Below are positions 9,428-20,216 of a stretch of 64,000 nucleotides of DNA, piece after piece. The stretch is taken from the NCBI GenBank assembly GCA_977020255.1, contig CDROCS010006706.1, forward strand, positions 1 through 64,000, read 5' to 3'. Each line of letters starts with the position of its first letter. Positions within the stretch are counted from its first letter, which is position 1. Source of the DNA: Obrimoposthia wandeli. Taxonomy: Eukaryota. The notes below the pieces were generated by a model. The model had not been told where the DNA came from. It saw only the letters and a list, made by a program, of their open reading frames with translations, and made no database searches. A program made the translations under genes and the position numbers.

Positions 9428-9673
9428 TTAAACGCTGTGTTTAACAAGCATAGTATGTAGCTGATCTTTTAAATGTAACCGTTGCTTTTTTTGCTGCTCA
9501 ACGTATTCATCACTCGGAGTTTCAACGCCTTGTTCGATACGATGTACCTCATGATCAATATCGTGATATTTGTCGAACAATTTTGCGAAATGCCGATCAT
9601 TCATTTTCAACTCGCGAATGGCTTCACGGTGTTCTGGAAACTCGTGGAGTAAATCGTGTTTTTGTAAGCTCAT
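9428..9673 (-). CDS. DUF465 / YdcH family small protein
   Basis: MSLQKHDLLHEFPEHREAIRELKMNDRHFAKLFDKYH...KKQRLHLKD; start reassigned to the ATG at 9673, which has a GAGG upstream. Confidence 0.85.
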   Translation of the reverse strand: MSLQKHDLLHEFPEHREAIRELKMNDRHFAKLFDKYHDIDHEVHRIEQGVETPSDEYVEQQKKQRLHLKDQLHTMLVKHSV

Positions 9674-9741
9674 ATAATTTGTCCTCTTATTGATAACCAA
9701 TTGCTATATAAATACTTTACTCTCAATCGCTAAGATGAATT

Positions 9742-9755
9742 TTGATATGTATCAA
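9742..9755. promoter_or_regulatory. FNR/ANR box upstream of the DUF465 gene
   Basis: Perfect TTGAT-ATGT-ATCAA; candidate -10 TAAAGT at 9719-9714 on the minus strand would place the site at about -41.5. Confidence 0.7.
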
Positions 9756-9990
9756 TTGTTGATAATTAAATTAATCGCTTTATTTTTATGGGTGCGAGAA
9801 GGCTATCTTGCTTAAAAATAATCTGCTTATTCCCACTAGGATCGGCGAAGATCGATGCTATCCCAGCGATGGAAATATAACTGGTATTATTGAGAAGTCA
9901 TAAGAGGCTTCAACCACACACGAAAAAAGATGCAAAGAGAATAGAGTTTGCTTAAATAAATTAAGCTTATTAGAGTCTAGTGGTCATCAT

Positions 9991-11658
9991 TTACAATAGC
10001 TTGTGAGTCACTTGTCCATGGCAGTGATTGATACAGGCATAATGAATCGCCTTTTCTAAGCTAGTAAAGCGCTGCTGTACAGTTATTTTATCAACTACTC
10101 CTGCATCCAATAAAGCTTTATTAACTTGGCTATTCGCCCCACACAGAAAAGCATTTTTTGGTGGTAGCGAGGCATCCTCAAACAGATTTCCTAATGCGAG
10201 TGCTGTTGAAATATCAATGCTTGGAACTAAGCTGAAATCGAAGATCATTACTTTATAGTTCTTAATATCTTGGAATTTTAGTTTGATAGCTTTAATAGAT
10301 GCATAACTTATAGGTCCTTGAAAGTTAAGCACTTGGACATCGCCATTAGCGGCAATCATGTACTGTGCTTCCAACACACTCAGCTGGCTGTGTGTTTCGT
10401 CCAAGTGGTTAATGATCGACATGCTTTGAGCTTGATTATCGGCGAATCTTCTTACAGTGATAATATTGGCAAAAAATATCCCTGCAGCGACAGCCGTTAC
10501 TAAATCAACAAACACAGTGAGCAACAACACGCCGAGTAATAAGCTAATAATCAGGGGCGGAAATTTATGTAATCTACGCAAGGTGGGAAAATCAATAATA
10601 TCTAATCCTACCTTAAACAATAGGCCTGCCAGAACAGCATGGGGGATGCTTTCAGCTAAAGGGGCTGCCCCAAGCAGTAATGTCAGTAAAATCAGCGAGT
10701 GGAAGATTCCAGAAATATTAGTTTTAGCGCCTGCTTTGATATTAGCCACCGTGCGCATAGTGGCTCCCGCGCCGGGTAGGCCGCCGATTAAGCCTGCTAC
10801 AATGTTACCAATACCTTGTCCAATCAGCTCCTTGTCAGAATCGTGATCAGTTTTGGTCATAGTGTCAGCGACTAATGAGGTTAGCAAAGAATCGATAGCG
10901 CCCAATATTGCCAGTAAAGCGGCGCTACTGAGCATATCCCAAAGCAATGCTATATCTATTTGTGGGATAAGTAGTTTTGGCAGTTCTGTCGGTATCGTAC
11001 CAATAACAGAAACACTATTTTCAGGGAGTAACAGTAGTGAAATCATCACACCGCTGATTAACGCTGCTAAGGTTGAAGGTAAATATTTTGCAATGTTTTT
11101 AGGATAGAGCAACGTAATGAGTAAAGTGACAGTACAAAGAGCAAAGGCGTAGATGTTAATATTGGTCAGCATTTGTGGAGTTGCATCTAGAGTATTTATA
11201 ACTCCACTTTTTCCAGTGTGGCCAAGTAAAGGCGCTATCTGCAGGATAATGATGATCACTCCAATACCCGACATAAAACCAGATATCACCGGAAAAGGCA
11301 CCATCGTTATATAGCGGCCCAGCTTTAAATACCCCATCGCTATTTGCATTACACCGGACATAACAACCACAGTAAATGCTAGCAACAGACCATTTTCAGG
11401 GTTTTTGGCAATAAATAATGTAAAAATTGATGCCATGACCACTGTCATAGGCCCGGTAGGTCCCGATATTTGAGTGGCTGTACCACCAAACAAAGACGCA
11501 AATAGGCCGACACAGATAGCACCATATAAACCGGTTATCGCACCAGCACCTGATGATACGCCAAAAGCTAAAGCTAAAGGCAGTGCTATAATAGCGGCTG
11601 TTAAACCGCCACTTAGATCAAGTTTTAAATTAGCAAAACGATTTTCATTAGAGAGCAT
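9991..11658 (-). CDS. SulP (SLC26) family anion transporter with STAS domain
   Basis: LPLALAFGVSSG, QISGPTGPM, DKELIGQGIGN, GATMRT motifs; C-terminal STAS (FDFSLVPSIDIS). Confidence 0.93.
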   Translation of the reverse strand: MLSNENRFANLKLDLSGGLTAAIIALPLALAFGVSSGAGAITGLYGAICVGLFASLFGGTATQISGPTGPMTVVMASIFTLFIAKNPENGLLLAFTVVVMSGVMQIAMGYLKLGRYITMVPFPVISGFMSGIGVIIIILQIAPLLGHTGKSGVINTLDATPQMLTNINIYAFALCTVTLLITLLYPKNIAKYLPSTLAALISGVMISLLLLPENSVSVIGTIPTELPKLLIPQIDIALLWDMLSSAALLAILGAIDSLLTSLVADTMTKTDHDSDKELIGQGIGNIVAGLIGGLPGAGATMRTVANIKAGAKTNISGIFHSLILLTLLLGAAPLAESIPHAVLAGLLFKVGLDIIDFPTLRRLHKFPPLIISLLLGVLLLTVFVDLVTAVAAGIFFANIITVRRFADNQAQSMSIINHLDETHSQLSVLEAQYMIAANGDVQVLNFQGPISYASIKAIKLKFQDIKNYKVMIFDFSLVPSIDISTALALGNLFEDASLPPKNAFLCGANSQVNKALLDAGVVDKITVQQRFTSLEKAIHYACINHCHGQVTHKLL

Positions 11659-12209
11659 TATTAAGGCCTAAAAGTTTAAAATAGTTAACTTATGCATAAC
11701 GAGCAAAAGGCTTTTTAGTAAGTCTCTAGCTTGAATTTACTATTACTGAGTTGCGGGGCATCTTTGCATACGGCTCCTGGAATATGCTCGGCCAAAGTAC
11801 GAGCTGTGTCTCTTTGAAGGCTAAACTCTCCAAGTAGTTTCAACCTAATCGGGTTTAACCTAGGCATACAGCATATTTGTGAATATTAATGGAGTATATG
11901 AGCAATAGGTATATGTGTACGCAAAAAATTGACTAATACCTACATTTATATGTTTGAAATATAAATACTTAAGGTTTCTATATAACCTATTAAACATTAA
12001 TAAGTGAAGTACATTGGAATAAACCAGTTGAGAGTGCTGCTGGACATTCTTAGAGGATATGCTTGTGAGTTTGGAGGAGTTGTAGCTAAGCTGGATTTTT
12101 AAGTTGTATTTGTTGGCTGAAAAACAACCAGTATTTGATGTTTTTATAAAGAATATGCCATTATGTTGTTTTAGGTATTTTGCTCACAATGAACTAAAAG
12201 GAATTTGAT

Positions 12210-13247
12210 ATGGCTCTTCTCATTAGTAAATATAATCAAATATCAATAAAAACAAAGTTTTGCATGGTCGCGGGTCTTTTGTCTATCAATATTGGTCAAG
12301 TGCATGCGCAGTGTGGCACGGTTTCTATCGCAGAAATGAATTGGGCGACTGCTGAGTTCGCTGCAAATTTAGATAAAATTATTTTAACAGAAGGGTTTGG
12401 CTGCAATGTTGAAATGATGCCTGGTGCGACCAATACAACTTTTGCCTCGATGGAAGCTAAAGGGCAACCTGATATCGCTCCTGAATTTTGGAGTAACTCA
12501 GTATCAGTTAGATTAAAAGCGGCGCAGAAAAAAGGTGATTTAACGGTGGGAGTGCAATTGATATCTGACGCATCAGAAGGTTGGTTTGTTTCACCCGCGA
12601 TCGCTGAACAATATCCTGAGATAAAAACGGTAGATGATGTATTAGCTCGTGCAGAGCTTTTTCCGAATAAAGAAGAGCCTGATAAAGGCGCGTTTATGAC
12701 TTGCCCTGCAGGGTGGGGGTGTGGTGGGGTAAATGCAAATCTAGCTAAAGAAACCGCTTATAATTTCGCCAAAGCAGGATTTGCAATGGTAGATCCGGGT
12801 TCTGCTGCAGGCTTAGATGGTGCTATTGCAAAAGCAGTGCAACGTGATGAAGCATGGTTTGGTTATTACTGGCAACCAACGGTAAATGCGAGTAAATACC
12901 AATTAAAGCTACTTGATTTCGATGCTCCATTTGATGCCAAAAATTGGCATGAATGTTTATCTGTTGAAGCGTGTGATACACCCAAACGTACCACTTGGAT
13001 TTCATCCAAGGTAAATACTGTCGTGACCACAAAATTTGCTAAAGCTAATGCACAAGTGATGAGCTATTTAAATAAACGCTCATACAACTCTGAGCAAATT
13101 GGACCAATTATTGTTTATATGGATGAGAATCAGGCAAATGGTGAAGATGCCGCCTATTACTTTCTGAAAAATAATCAATCGCTATGGACTAGTTGGGTGC
13201 CTGAAGAAGTGGCTGCTAAAGTAATAAAAGCATTAAAAGTATTGTAG
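12210..13247 (+). CDS. proX: Glycine betaine/proline-type ABC transporter substrate-binding protein (ProX-like)
   Basis: Signal peptide, CGTVSIAEMNWA, PDIAPEFW, TCPAGWGC, WFGYYWQP; first gene of an ABC operon; actual substrate unknown. Confidence 0.85.
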   Translation: MALLISKYNQISIKTKFCMVAGLLSINIGQVHAQCGTVSIAEMNWATAEFAANLDKIILTEGFGCNVEMMPGATNTTFASMEAKGQPDIAPEFWSNSVSVRLKAAQKKGDLTVGVQLISDASEGWFVSPAIAEQYPEIKTVDDVLARAELFPNKEEPDKGAFMTCPAGWGCGGVNANLAKETAYNFAKAGFAMVDPGSAAGLDGAIAKAVQRDEAWFGYYWQPTVNASKYQLKLLDFDAPFDAKNWHECLSVEACDTPKRTTWISSKVNTVVTTKFAKANAQVMSYLNKRSYNSEQIGPIIVYMDENQANGEDAAYYFLKNNQSLWTSWVPEEVAAKVIKALKVL

Positions 13248-13281
13248 GACGGCGCTTAATCAACTCACAAAAGAGGAAAGA

Positions 13282-13329
13282 AGTGCTTTAATAAATTTCT
13301 GGTAAACAATAGAAATTTATTAAAGCACT
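13282..13329. other. 19-bp perfect intercistronic hairpin
   Basis: AGTGCTTTAATAAATTTCT-N10-AGAAATTTATTAAAGCACT between the binding-protein and permease genes. Confidence 0.8.
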
Positions 13330-13429
13330 GGGTTGATAGTAATTACTAGCTTACTTGATAGCAGTAATGTCAATAATGTTGTTTTTCCAACAGCATTGCA
13401 TGTTATCAAATAATGATTGGAGAGTTGTT

Positions 13430-14317
13430 GTGAATTGGACTGAATTTCCAAGTATGTCTAAAGCTGATCTGCGTAGTTTTCGAAAAATTATAGACGAAGG
13501 TTTTCGCGATTTTGCTACTGAATACGGGCAGAGTTTAGAAAATTTTTTCGATCCATTGTTAGGGTTTTTAATCTTCAGTGAGCATCTTTTACTAAGTACG
13601 CCTTGGCCTATTATGATCACTGCTTGCGCATCGATTGCTTTTGCTGGCAGCCGCAGTTGGAAGATAGTCTTTGGCGTAGTGATCGCTTTTTTAGCCATTG
13701 GTTATTTAGGCATGTGGGCGGATACGATGCGGACTCTGTCAATAATTACAGTCTGCACTGTAGTAGCGATTGCTATAGGTATTCCTATGGGTATATTAAT
13801 GGCTAAATCCAATCGGATACAGCTAACGTTTTCGCCGATACTAGATGTTATGCAAACGATGCCCAGCTTTGTATATCTAATTCCAGTCGTTATGCTCTTG
13901 GGGATAGGTAAAGTCGCGGGCATGCTAGCCGTTATTGTGTATGCTTTACCCCCTATTGTGCGTTTAACTAATTTAGGGATTCGCGAAGTTGATCCCGATG
14001 TAATCGAGGCCGCTGATGCATATGGTAGTAGCAGTTTGCAAAAGTTACTCAATGTACAGTTGCCTCTCGCTTTACCTTCTATTTTTGCAGGGGTGAATCA
14101 AACTATTATGATGTCATTATCTATGGTTGTTATTGCTTCTATGATCGGTGTTAAAGGTTTAGGGCAACCTGTTCTTAAAGCCATCCAAAACCAGTATTTT
14201 GCAATTGGTCTTTTAAATGGTTTCGCTATTGTAGCGCTAGCTATCATTATCGATAGAGTTTCACAGCGCTATGGCATGCGAATTCAACGTCACCGTCAAG
14301 GTAGAAAAGATGTCTGA
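13430..14317 (+). CDS. proW: ABC transporter permease (ProW-like)
   Basis: PILDVMQTMPSFVYLIP, VRLTNLGIREV, EAA loop; GTG start at 13430 preceded by GGAG. Confidence 0.9.
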   Translation: MNWTEFPSMSKADLRSFRKIIDEGFRDFATEYGQSLENFFDPLLGFLIFSEHLLLSTPWPIMITACASIAFAGSRSWKIVFGVVIAFLAIGYLGMWADTMRTLSIITVCTVVAIAIGIPMGILMAKSNRIQLTFSPILDVMQTMPSFVYLIPVVMLLGIGKVAGMLAVIVYALPPIVRLTNLGIREVDPDVIEAADAYGSSSLQKLLNVQLPLALPSIFAGVNQTIMMSLSMVVIASMIGVKGLGQPVLKAIQNQYFAIGLLNGFAIVALAIIIDRVSQRYGMRIQRHRQGRKDV

Positions 14318-15359
14318 AACAAAGCCAGCAATGAGTGAGTTAAAAATTAAAATAGAAAACCTAACCAAAATATTTGGTGCCAATCCGGCATCCATGCTTG
14401 CACTAGTCGCACAAGGTATTGATAAGCAAAGTTTGTTGGCACAGCATCAGCATGTATTAGCTTTAGATAATATCAATATGGGGATACAAGCTCGGTCTAT
14501 AGAAGTAATAATGGGCTTGTCTGGTTCGGGAAAGTCTACTTTACTACGGCATATAAATCGCTTAATACAGCCGTCATCAGGAAATGTGATGGTTGATGGC
14601 GAAAATGTTTGTAGTATGTCAAATGCTCAATTGAGAAAGTATCGACAGCAAAAAACAGCCATGGTTTTTCAAAATTTCTCGCTACTGCCTCATAAAACAG
14701 TAATCGATAATATAGCCTTCGGCTTAAGAATACGTGGTCAAAAAGAAGCGCGTATTAAACAAGTTAGTCATTATTGGTTAGAGAAAGTAGGATTGCATGG
14801 TTTACAAAAAAGTTACCCAGCGCAGCTCTCTGGTGGCATGCAGCAGCGTGTTGGTTTAGCCAGAGCACTTGCCTGTGATGCTGATATTTTAATGATGGAT
14901 GAAGCTTTCAGTGCATTAGATCCATTGATAAGATCAGATATGCAGGATATATTGCTAGAGTTGCAAAAAGAATTAAAAAAAACCATCGTTTTTATCACTC
15001 ACGATTTAGACGAAGCACTAAAAATAGGTGATCGAATCACTATTTTGAATCAGGGTAAGCTAATACAACAAGGCAGTGCTGAAGATATATTGCTACACCC
15101 CGCAGATGAATATGTGCGCAGATTTGTTGCAGATGTTAATCGTACAGGTGTGCTAAGAGCCCGCTCAATAATGGCAGTGGAACAGCAGGTTTTAGTTGAA
15201 AAAGAAAACGCGGTCATCGTACAAGAAAACGATACCTTAAGAACGGTTTTACACTCGATGCTAAGCGCTGACTCGTACAATGCAGTGGTTAGAAATGATG
15301 ATGGAGAAACCGTCGGTACAATAGACTCTGATATGGTGGCTGCGGCTGTTAACAACTAA
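14310..15359 (+). CDS. proV: ABC transporter ATP-binding protein (ProV-like)
   Basis: Walker A GLSGSGKST, LSGGMQQRVGLARAL, MDEAFSALDPLIR; ATG 14310 overlaps the end of the permease gene. Confidence 0.93.
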   Translation: MSETKPAMSELKIKIENLTKIFGANPASMLALVAQGIDKQSLLAQHQHVLALDNINMGIQARSIEVIMGLSGSGKSTLLRHINRLIQPSSGNVMVDGENVCSMSNAQLRKYRQQKTAMVFQNFSLLPHKTVIDNIAFGLRIRGQKEARIKQVSHYWLEKVGLHGLQKSYPAQLSGGMQQRVGLARALACDADILMMDEAFSALDPLIRSDMQDILLELQKELKKTIVFITHDLDEALKIGDRITILNQGKLIQQGSAEDILLHPADEYVRRFVADVNRTGVLRARSIMAVEQQVLVEKENAVIVQENDTLRTVLHSMLSADSYNAVVRNDDGETVGTIDSDMVAAAVNN

Positions 15360-15641
15360 CAGCCATTATATAAACTTAGCATCAATTAGCTAATAGTAAA
15401 AAATTGACTCTACTCTTCCTCACAAAGTGCTACTTTCTCGTATAAAATAAGCTTTCTAATACCGGCAATTGTAAATGCGCATAGTAGTGGCTAGTGTGGT
15501 AAACAGCTGTAATTAGCTGTTTGGCTTAAGGATCAAAAGAATATTTTTTTAGCATTCGTAAAATAGCTGTTTGTTAGAAGCTTTTAGTACAGTAAGATGA
15601 ATGCTAATGTAGCGCGTTAACTTTTTAATATTTATAGGTAT

Positions 15642-16553
15642 GTGATGGTTCTTTGGTCAAGTGAAAAGCGGATAAAAATATTAGTAACTAGCCCTACAGA
15701 GCAAGTTGGGCGCGCATTATTAAAAGCAGGTTCTACCAGTCAGCTTTTTGAAGTTATCGGTGCGACTTCTAATGCCCCTAATTTACGTGACAAACAAGTT
15801 GTTACACAGCTACTAGAGCAAAGTAATCCTGATTTTGTGGTCAATACCTTAGGTTATAACTCTGTGATGGTCAGTGAGAAAAAAGTAGATTTATGCTACT
15901 TACTTAATCGTGATTTCTTGGCTATTTTGGCTGAAGTTTGTCAGGAAAAAGATATCCCTATTATTCATTTATCAAGCGATCATGTTTTTGATGGCCATTA
16001 CGCTAGCGGCTATAGTGAAGATGATCAAACAATCCCCTTAGGTATCTTTGGTAAAAGCAAATGGCAAGGTGAGGAAATGTTGCGCCAAAAGCAAGCGCAG
16101 CATTTAATTTTACGGGTGAGTTGGTTGTTTTCACAATGGGGTGATAATTATTTAACCCGTTCACTAATTAATGCTCGCACCGATCAAGAAATGTACGCTG
16201 CAGATGACAGGCAAGGTTGTCCTACATCTGCTGCTGATATCGCTAGAGTAATTTTTGCGGTTATACTGCAGTTAAATGATGGCGCTCAAGCATGGGGTAC
16301 CTACCATTACTGTGGAGCAGAGGTTACAACGCGTTATAAATTCTTAGAAGCTATTTATAATAGAGCTAAGCAGCAGGAGCAACTAGCGACACAAGTGTTG
16401 CATTCTGTGCCGCGCTCTCAATTGTACGCCAATGCAGAAAGACCTGCATCCTCAGTGCTAAACTGTAAAAAAATACTGCGCAACTTTGGTATCCATCAGC
16501 GCCCTTGGCGTGCAGGTTTAACTGAAGTGATGGATACCATCTACCAAGCATAG
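15642..16553 (+). CDS. RmlD (dTDP-4-dehydrorhamnose reductase)-like protein with degenerate motifs
   Basis: IHLSSDHVFDG, WGTYHY, ERPASSVL; GxxGxxG replaced by SPTEQVG and YxxxK by FGKSK. Confidence 0.8.
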   Translation: MMVLWSSEKRIKILVTSPTEQVGRALLKAGSTSQLFEVIGATSNAPNLRDKQVVTQLLEQSNPDFVVNTLGYNSVMVSEKKVDLCYLLNRDFLAILAEVCQEKDIPIIHLSSDHVFDGHYASGYSEDDQTIPLGIFGKSKWQGEEMLRQKQAQHLILRVSWLFSQWGDNYLTRSLINARTDQEMYAADDRQGCPTSAADIARVIFAVILQLNDGAQAWGTYHYCGAEVTTRYKFLEAIYNRAKQQEQLATQVLHSVPRSQLYANAERPASSVLNCKKILRNFGIHQRPWRAGLTEVMDTIYQA

Positions 16554-16572
16554 TTTATATTCGATAGTTAGA

Positions 16573-16953
16573 TTAACCTATCCCCGGAGTCGGACTTTTA
16601 GTCACCGCGACTGCTATCATATAACCTATCACGCTCAATGCTAATAACAAAAAGGCTAATCTAGTGATTACGTTTTTTTGCCCTTTCAATGCTAGCGTTC
16701 CTAAAAGAATGTAAGCACATAAAGCAATAATTTTGGCTGTTAGCCAAGCATCGGTTATTGGGTACTGTTGTATAATCACCATTAGTGCGATTGCACTGAC
16801 GAGTAGCAATGTATCGATTATATGCGGTGCAATTTTCAGCCACTTTTTTTGCACCCATTGGGCATTTGCCGTTGTTGCTAATACGCGAATAATTAGTAAA
16901 GTGACACTAATTAGCATTAGAGTCATATGTGTGTGTTTCACAATTGTATACAT
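16573..16953 (-). CDS. SirB2 (YchQ) family membrane protein
   Basis: MYTIVKHTHM, KIAPHIIDTLLLVSA, WLTAKIIAL..YILLG. Confidence 0.88.
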   Translation of the reverse strand: MYTIVKHTHMTLMLISVTLLIIRVLATTANAQWVQKKWLKIAPHIIDTLLLVSAIALMVIIQQYPITDAWLTAKIIALCAYILLGTLALKGQKNVITRLAFLLLALSVIGYMIAVAVTKSPTPGIG

Positions 16954-17103
16954 AGTTTTTACTCGATTAGATAAAATATAAAAAGGTTTTTTGTCGTTAA
17001 GTTGTGCTCTGTCAATAAACTTAATTTCTAAAGACTAGATAAGGGTTTAACAAGTGTAAATTTAGTGTGGTTACTATAGTATCGAAGCCAATTTTAACTG
17101 CTA

Positions 17104-18354
17104 ATGACGAGAATAGACATGACTGAAGTAGTAACAAATGCAGATTTTAAAGTGAACCCTCTCATTCCTGTTGCTGATGCGCTTGAGCGGTTACTGGCAG
17201 ATGTTCAAGTAACCACTGAAGTTGAAACAATCTCTTTGCAACATGCATTGGGCAGAGTATTAGCAGAACAACCTAAATCTACTGTTAATGTGCCGCCGCA
17301 AGATAATAGCAGTATGGATGGATATGCCGTGGCAACGGCCAGCTTGAATGCGGGGCAAAGTACAATTTTGCCTTTATCCCAGCGTATAGCAGCAGGAGAT
17401 GATCCTAAACCGCTTGCCGAGGGAAGTGTTGCCCGCATATTTACGGGTGCACACATACCTACTGGTGCAGATGCGGTGATTATGCAAGAGCAAGTAACGA
17501 TCAGCGAAGCGGGCATTCACTTACCTGCAAACATTAGCGTTAATCAAAATATACGCCCCCAAGGGCAAGATCTAAAAGCAGGTGAACTACTGCACGGCGT
17601 CGGTAAAAAATTACAGCCTGCAGATATAGGAGTGCTAGCTTCAGCAGGGATCGATAAACTTCTGGTTTTTAAGCCTTTAAAAGTCGCTATCCTCTCTACT
17701 GGAGATGAGCTGGTGGAACCCGGTGAATTACTACCAGCGGGAAAAATCTATAATTCAAATCGCGCCATGCTCAATGCATTAATTAGCCAGTTGGGGATGC
17801 AAATCGTTGATCTAGGCAAAGTGGCAGACACATTAGAAGCGACTATTAGTGCCTTGGCAGAAGCATCACAAAGTGCCGATCTTATTATTAGCACTGGTGG
17901 CGTTTCTGTTGGTGAAGAAGATCATATTAAAGCCGCTGTCGATGCGTTAGGCGAGCTAAACATGTGGCGCATTAAGCTTAAACCTGGAAAACCTTTAGCT
18001 TATGGACGAGTTAACGGCACTCCCATATTTGGCCTGCCAGGAAATCCTGCTTCTGCACTGATTACTTTTAGCTTATTTGCTAGGCCGTACCTAACAAAAT
18101 TACAGGGCGGTAGCGTAGTCGCAGCGCTTAAGTTTAAGGTGATTGCTGACTTTGAACACTTAAAAGCTGGAACGCGTGAAGAGTACATGCGAGGTGTTTA
18201 TGAAAGCGGTAAAGTTGTGCGTTTTAACAATCAAAGCTCTGGAATGTTATCAACAGCGAGCAAAGCTAATGGTTTAATTGTTATACCGGTTGATGCTTTA
18301 GTTAAGAAGGGAGACTTGGTTGATTTTGTGCCTTTTTCCGAACTATTGGCTTAA
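17104..18354 (+). CDS. moeA: Molybdopterin molybdotransferase
   Basis: DNSSMDGYAV, RIFTGA, STGDEL, STGGVSVGEED, KPGKP, GLPGNP, QSSGML. Confidence 0.95.
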   Translation: MTRIDMTEVVTNADFKVNPLIPVADALERLLADVQVTTEVETISLQHALGRVLAEQPKSTVNVPPQDNSSMDGYAVATASLNAGQSTILPLSQRIAAGDDPKPLAEGSVARIFTGAHIPTGADAVIMQEQVTISEAGIHLPANISVNQNIRPQGQDLKAGELLHGVGKKLQPADIGVLASAGIDKLLVFKPLKVAILSTGDELVEPGELLPAGKIYNSNRAMLNALISQLGMQIVDLGKVADTLEATISALAEASQSADLIISTGGVSVGEEDHIKAAVDALGELNMWRIKLKPGKPLAYGRVNGTPIFGLPGNPASALITFSLFARPYLTKLQGGSVVAALKFKVIADFEHLKAGTREEYMRGVYESGKVVRFNNQSSGMLSTASKANGLIVIPVDALVKKGDLVDFVPFSELLA

Positions 18355-18598
18355 CGCTATGTTGGTAGATATAAAACGGGTTTTAGGTAATGATTGAGTA
18401 GGTTGATTAAAGTATTAAATAAGCCAGCCACGGTTAAATGCTGGTGGTAGTTTACTTTAAACATAAATTTGATTGCACGTTTATAAAAATAACAAGCTTA
18501 CTACTATTCTTGATTAGCTTGTAGTGGGCAAAAAAAGTGCAATCATAGTAACGAACCGCTAGAATAAGCGCCTTTAAATTAGTCAGGTATAAAGCATA

Positions 18599-19738
18599 GT
18601 GAATTCTGAACAAGATCCTTACAGCGATATCCGTCCTTACAAAGATACGGAAGTACCCGCAGTACTGAATGCGCTGTTATATAACGATGAGCTTGTCGGC
18701 GCTATTTCTCATTACAAATTCCCTAAGTTTTACCAGTACCTGCCTAATATTACTAAAAAAGTAGTGCGCATTGGTATGGCGCGACAATTTGGCGATATAG
18801 ATACGGTGCGTGACTTTCAAGCGATAGTCGCCGGATTTATGGAAAAGATGATAGGGCGAACCACCGGTAAAATATCTTGTTCAGGTATTGAAAATTTAGA
18901 ACAAGACGGCGCTTACTTATTTATCTCTAATCACCGCGATATCGCGATGGACCCTGCCTTTGTGAATTGGATGCTGTATCACAAAGAAATGCAAACGGTA
19001 CGCATTGCGATAGGTGATAATTTACTATCTAAAGAGTACGTCTCTGATTTAATGCGTTTAAATAAGAGCTTTATTGTTAAACGTTCCGCCAAAGCACCCC
19101 GTGAAATGATGAAAGCACTTACCCAGCTTTCTTCTTATATCGATCATAGTATCGTGATAGATGAGTCATCTATTTGGATAGCGCAGCGTGAAGGGCGCGC
19201 CAAAGATGGCGATGATAAAACAGACGCTGCTCTATTAAAAATGCTGCATATGTCATTGCGTAAACAGTGCGATTTTTCGAAGATGCCAGCAAGATTAAAC
19301 ATGGTGCCGGTTTCCATCTCTTATGAATATGATCCATGTGATACGCATAAAGCTAAAGAGTTAGCTATTAAGCAAGCAGGTGAAGTTTATGAGAAAAGTG
19401 AATTTGAAGATATAGAGAGTATTGTCGCGGGTATTACTGGCTATAAAGGGGATGTGCATGTGCACTTTGGTGATGTCTTGCAAGGGGAAATTGAAGATCC
19501 TAATATGTTAGCAAAATGTATAGATAAACAAATTCAGCAAAATTATAAGCTGCACGATTCAAATTTAATTGCTGCTGGTCAGTTAACGGGTATCAGTGAT
19601 GAAAAACAACAAGAGTTTGAAGATAGATTTAAATTATTATCAGCCGCGCAAAAAGCGATTGCCATCAATATGTACTCAAAGCCTTATGAAAACCAGCAGC
19701 GTAACCAATCGGTAGTAGAGGATAATCACCATGTCTGA
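18599..19738 (+). CDS. Glycerolipid acyltransferase family protein (PlsC/GPAT-like)
   Basis: [10 protein letters not shown] (HxxxxD), [25 protein letters not shown]. Confidence 0.85.
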   Translation: MNSEQDPYSDIRPYKDTEVPAVLNALLYNDELVGAISHYKFPKFYQYLPNITKKVVRIGMARQFGDIDTVRDFQAIVAGFMEKMIGRTTGKISCSGIENLEQDGAYLFISNHRDIAMDPAFVNWMLYHKEMQTVRIAIGDNLLSKEYVSDLMRLNKSFIVKRSAKAPREMMKALTQLSSYIDHSIVIDESSIWIAQREGRAKDGDDKTDAALLKMLHMSLRKQCDFSKMPARLNMVPVSISYEYDPCDTHKAKELAIKQAGEVYEKSEFEDIESIVAGITGYKGDVHVHFGDVLQGEIEDPNMLAKCIDKQIQQNYKLHDSNLIAAGQLTGISDEKQQEFEDRFKLLSAAQKAIAINMYSKPYENQQRNQSVVEDNHHV

Positions 19739-20216
19739 GTTAACTCATTTAGATACACAAGGTAATGCACAGATGGTGGATGTGACTGCTAAGTCTACCA
19801 CCACTAGAGAAGCCATTGCTTATGCCGAAGTGCATATGCTCCCTGAAACGTTAGCTCTGATCGCCAGTGGTGGCCACAAAAAAGGCGATGTATTAGCCGT
19901 TGCAAGAATTGCAGGTATTATGGCCGCTAAAAAAACCAGTGATTTAATTCCAATGTGTCATCCGTTAATGCTAACTAAAGTCAATGTAGATTTAGAGTTA
20001 AATATCGATAAAAACATAATTGAAATTACCGCATTATGTAAATTATCTGGGCAGACAGGAGTGGAAATGGAGGCGCTGACGGCAGCGAGCACTGCAGCAT
20101 TAACTATTTATGATATGTGTAAAGCGGTTGATAAGGGTATGCAAATACAGAATTTGAAGTTATTAGAAAAGCGCGGTGGTAAAAGTGGTCACTGGCAAGC
20201 GGAGAGCACAAAATGA
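19731..20216 (+). CDS. moaC: Cyclic pyranopterin monophosphate synthase
   Basis: [37 protein letters not shown]. Confidence 0.97.
   Translation: MSELTHLDTQGNAQMVDVTAKSTTTREAIAYAEVHMLPETLALIASGGHKKGDVLAVARIAGIMAAKKTSDLIPMCHPLMLTKVNVDLELNIDKNIIEITALCKLSGQTGVEMEALTAASTAALTIYDMCKAVDKGMQIQNLKLLEKRGGKSGHWQAESTK

Noticed and set aside
11760-11850. GGAGAG-containing segment resembling a glycine riboswitch start
   Set aside because: Lacks the following GCCGAAG and CTCAGG core motifs; kept only as a low-interest small-ORF/leader candidate
15501-15522. Dyad AAACAGCT-N6-AGCTGTTT upstream of the RmlD-like gene
   Set aside because: Single occurrence and no recognisable regulator consensus
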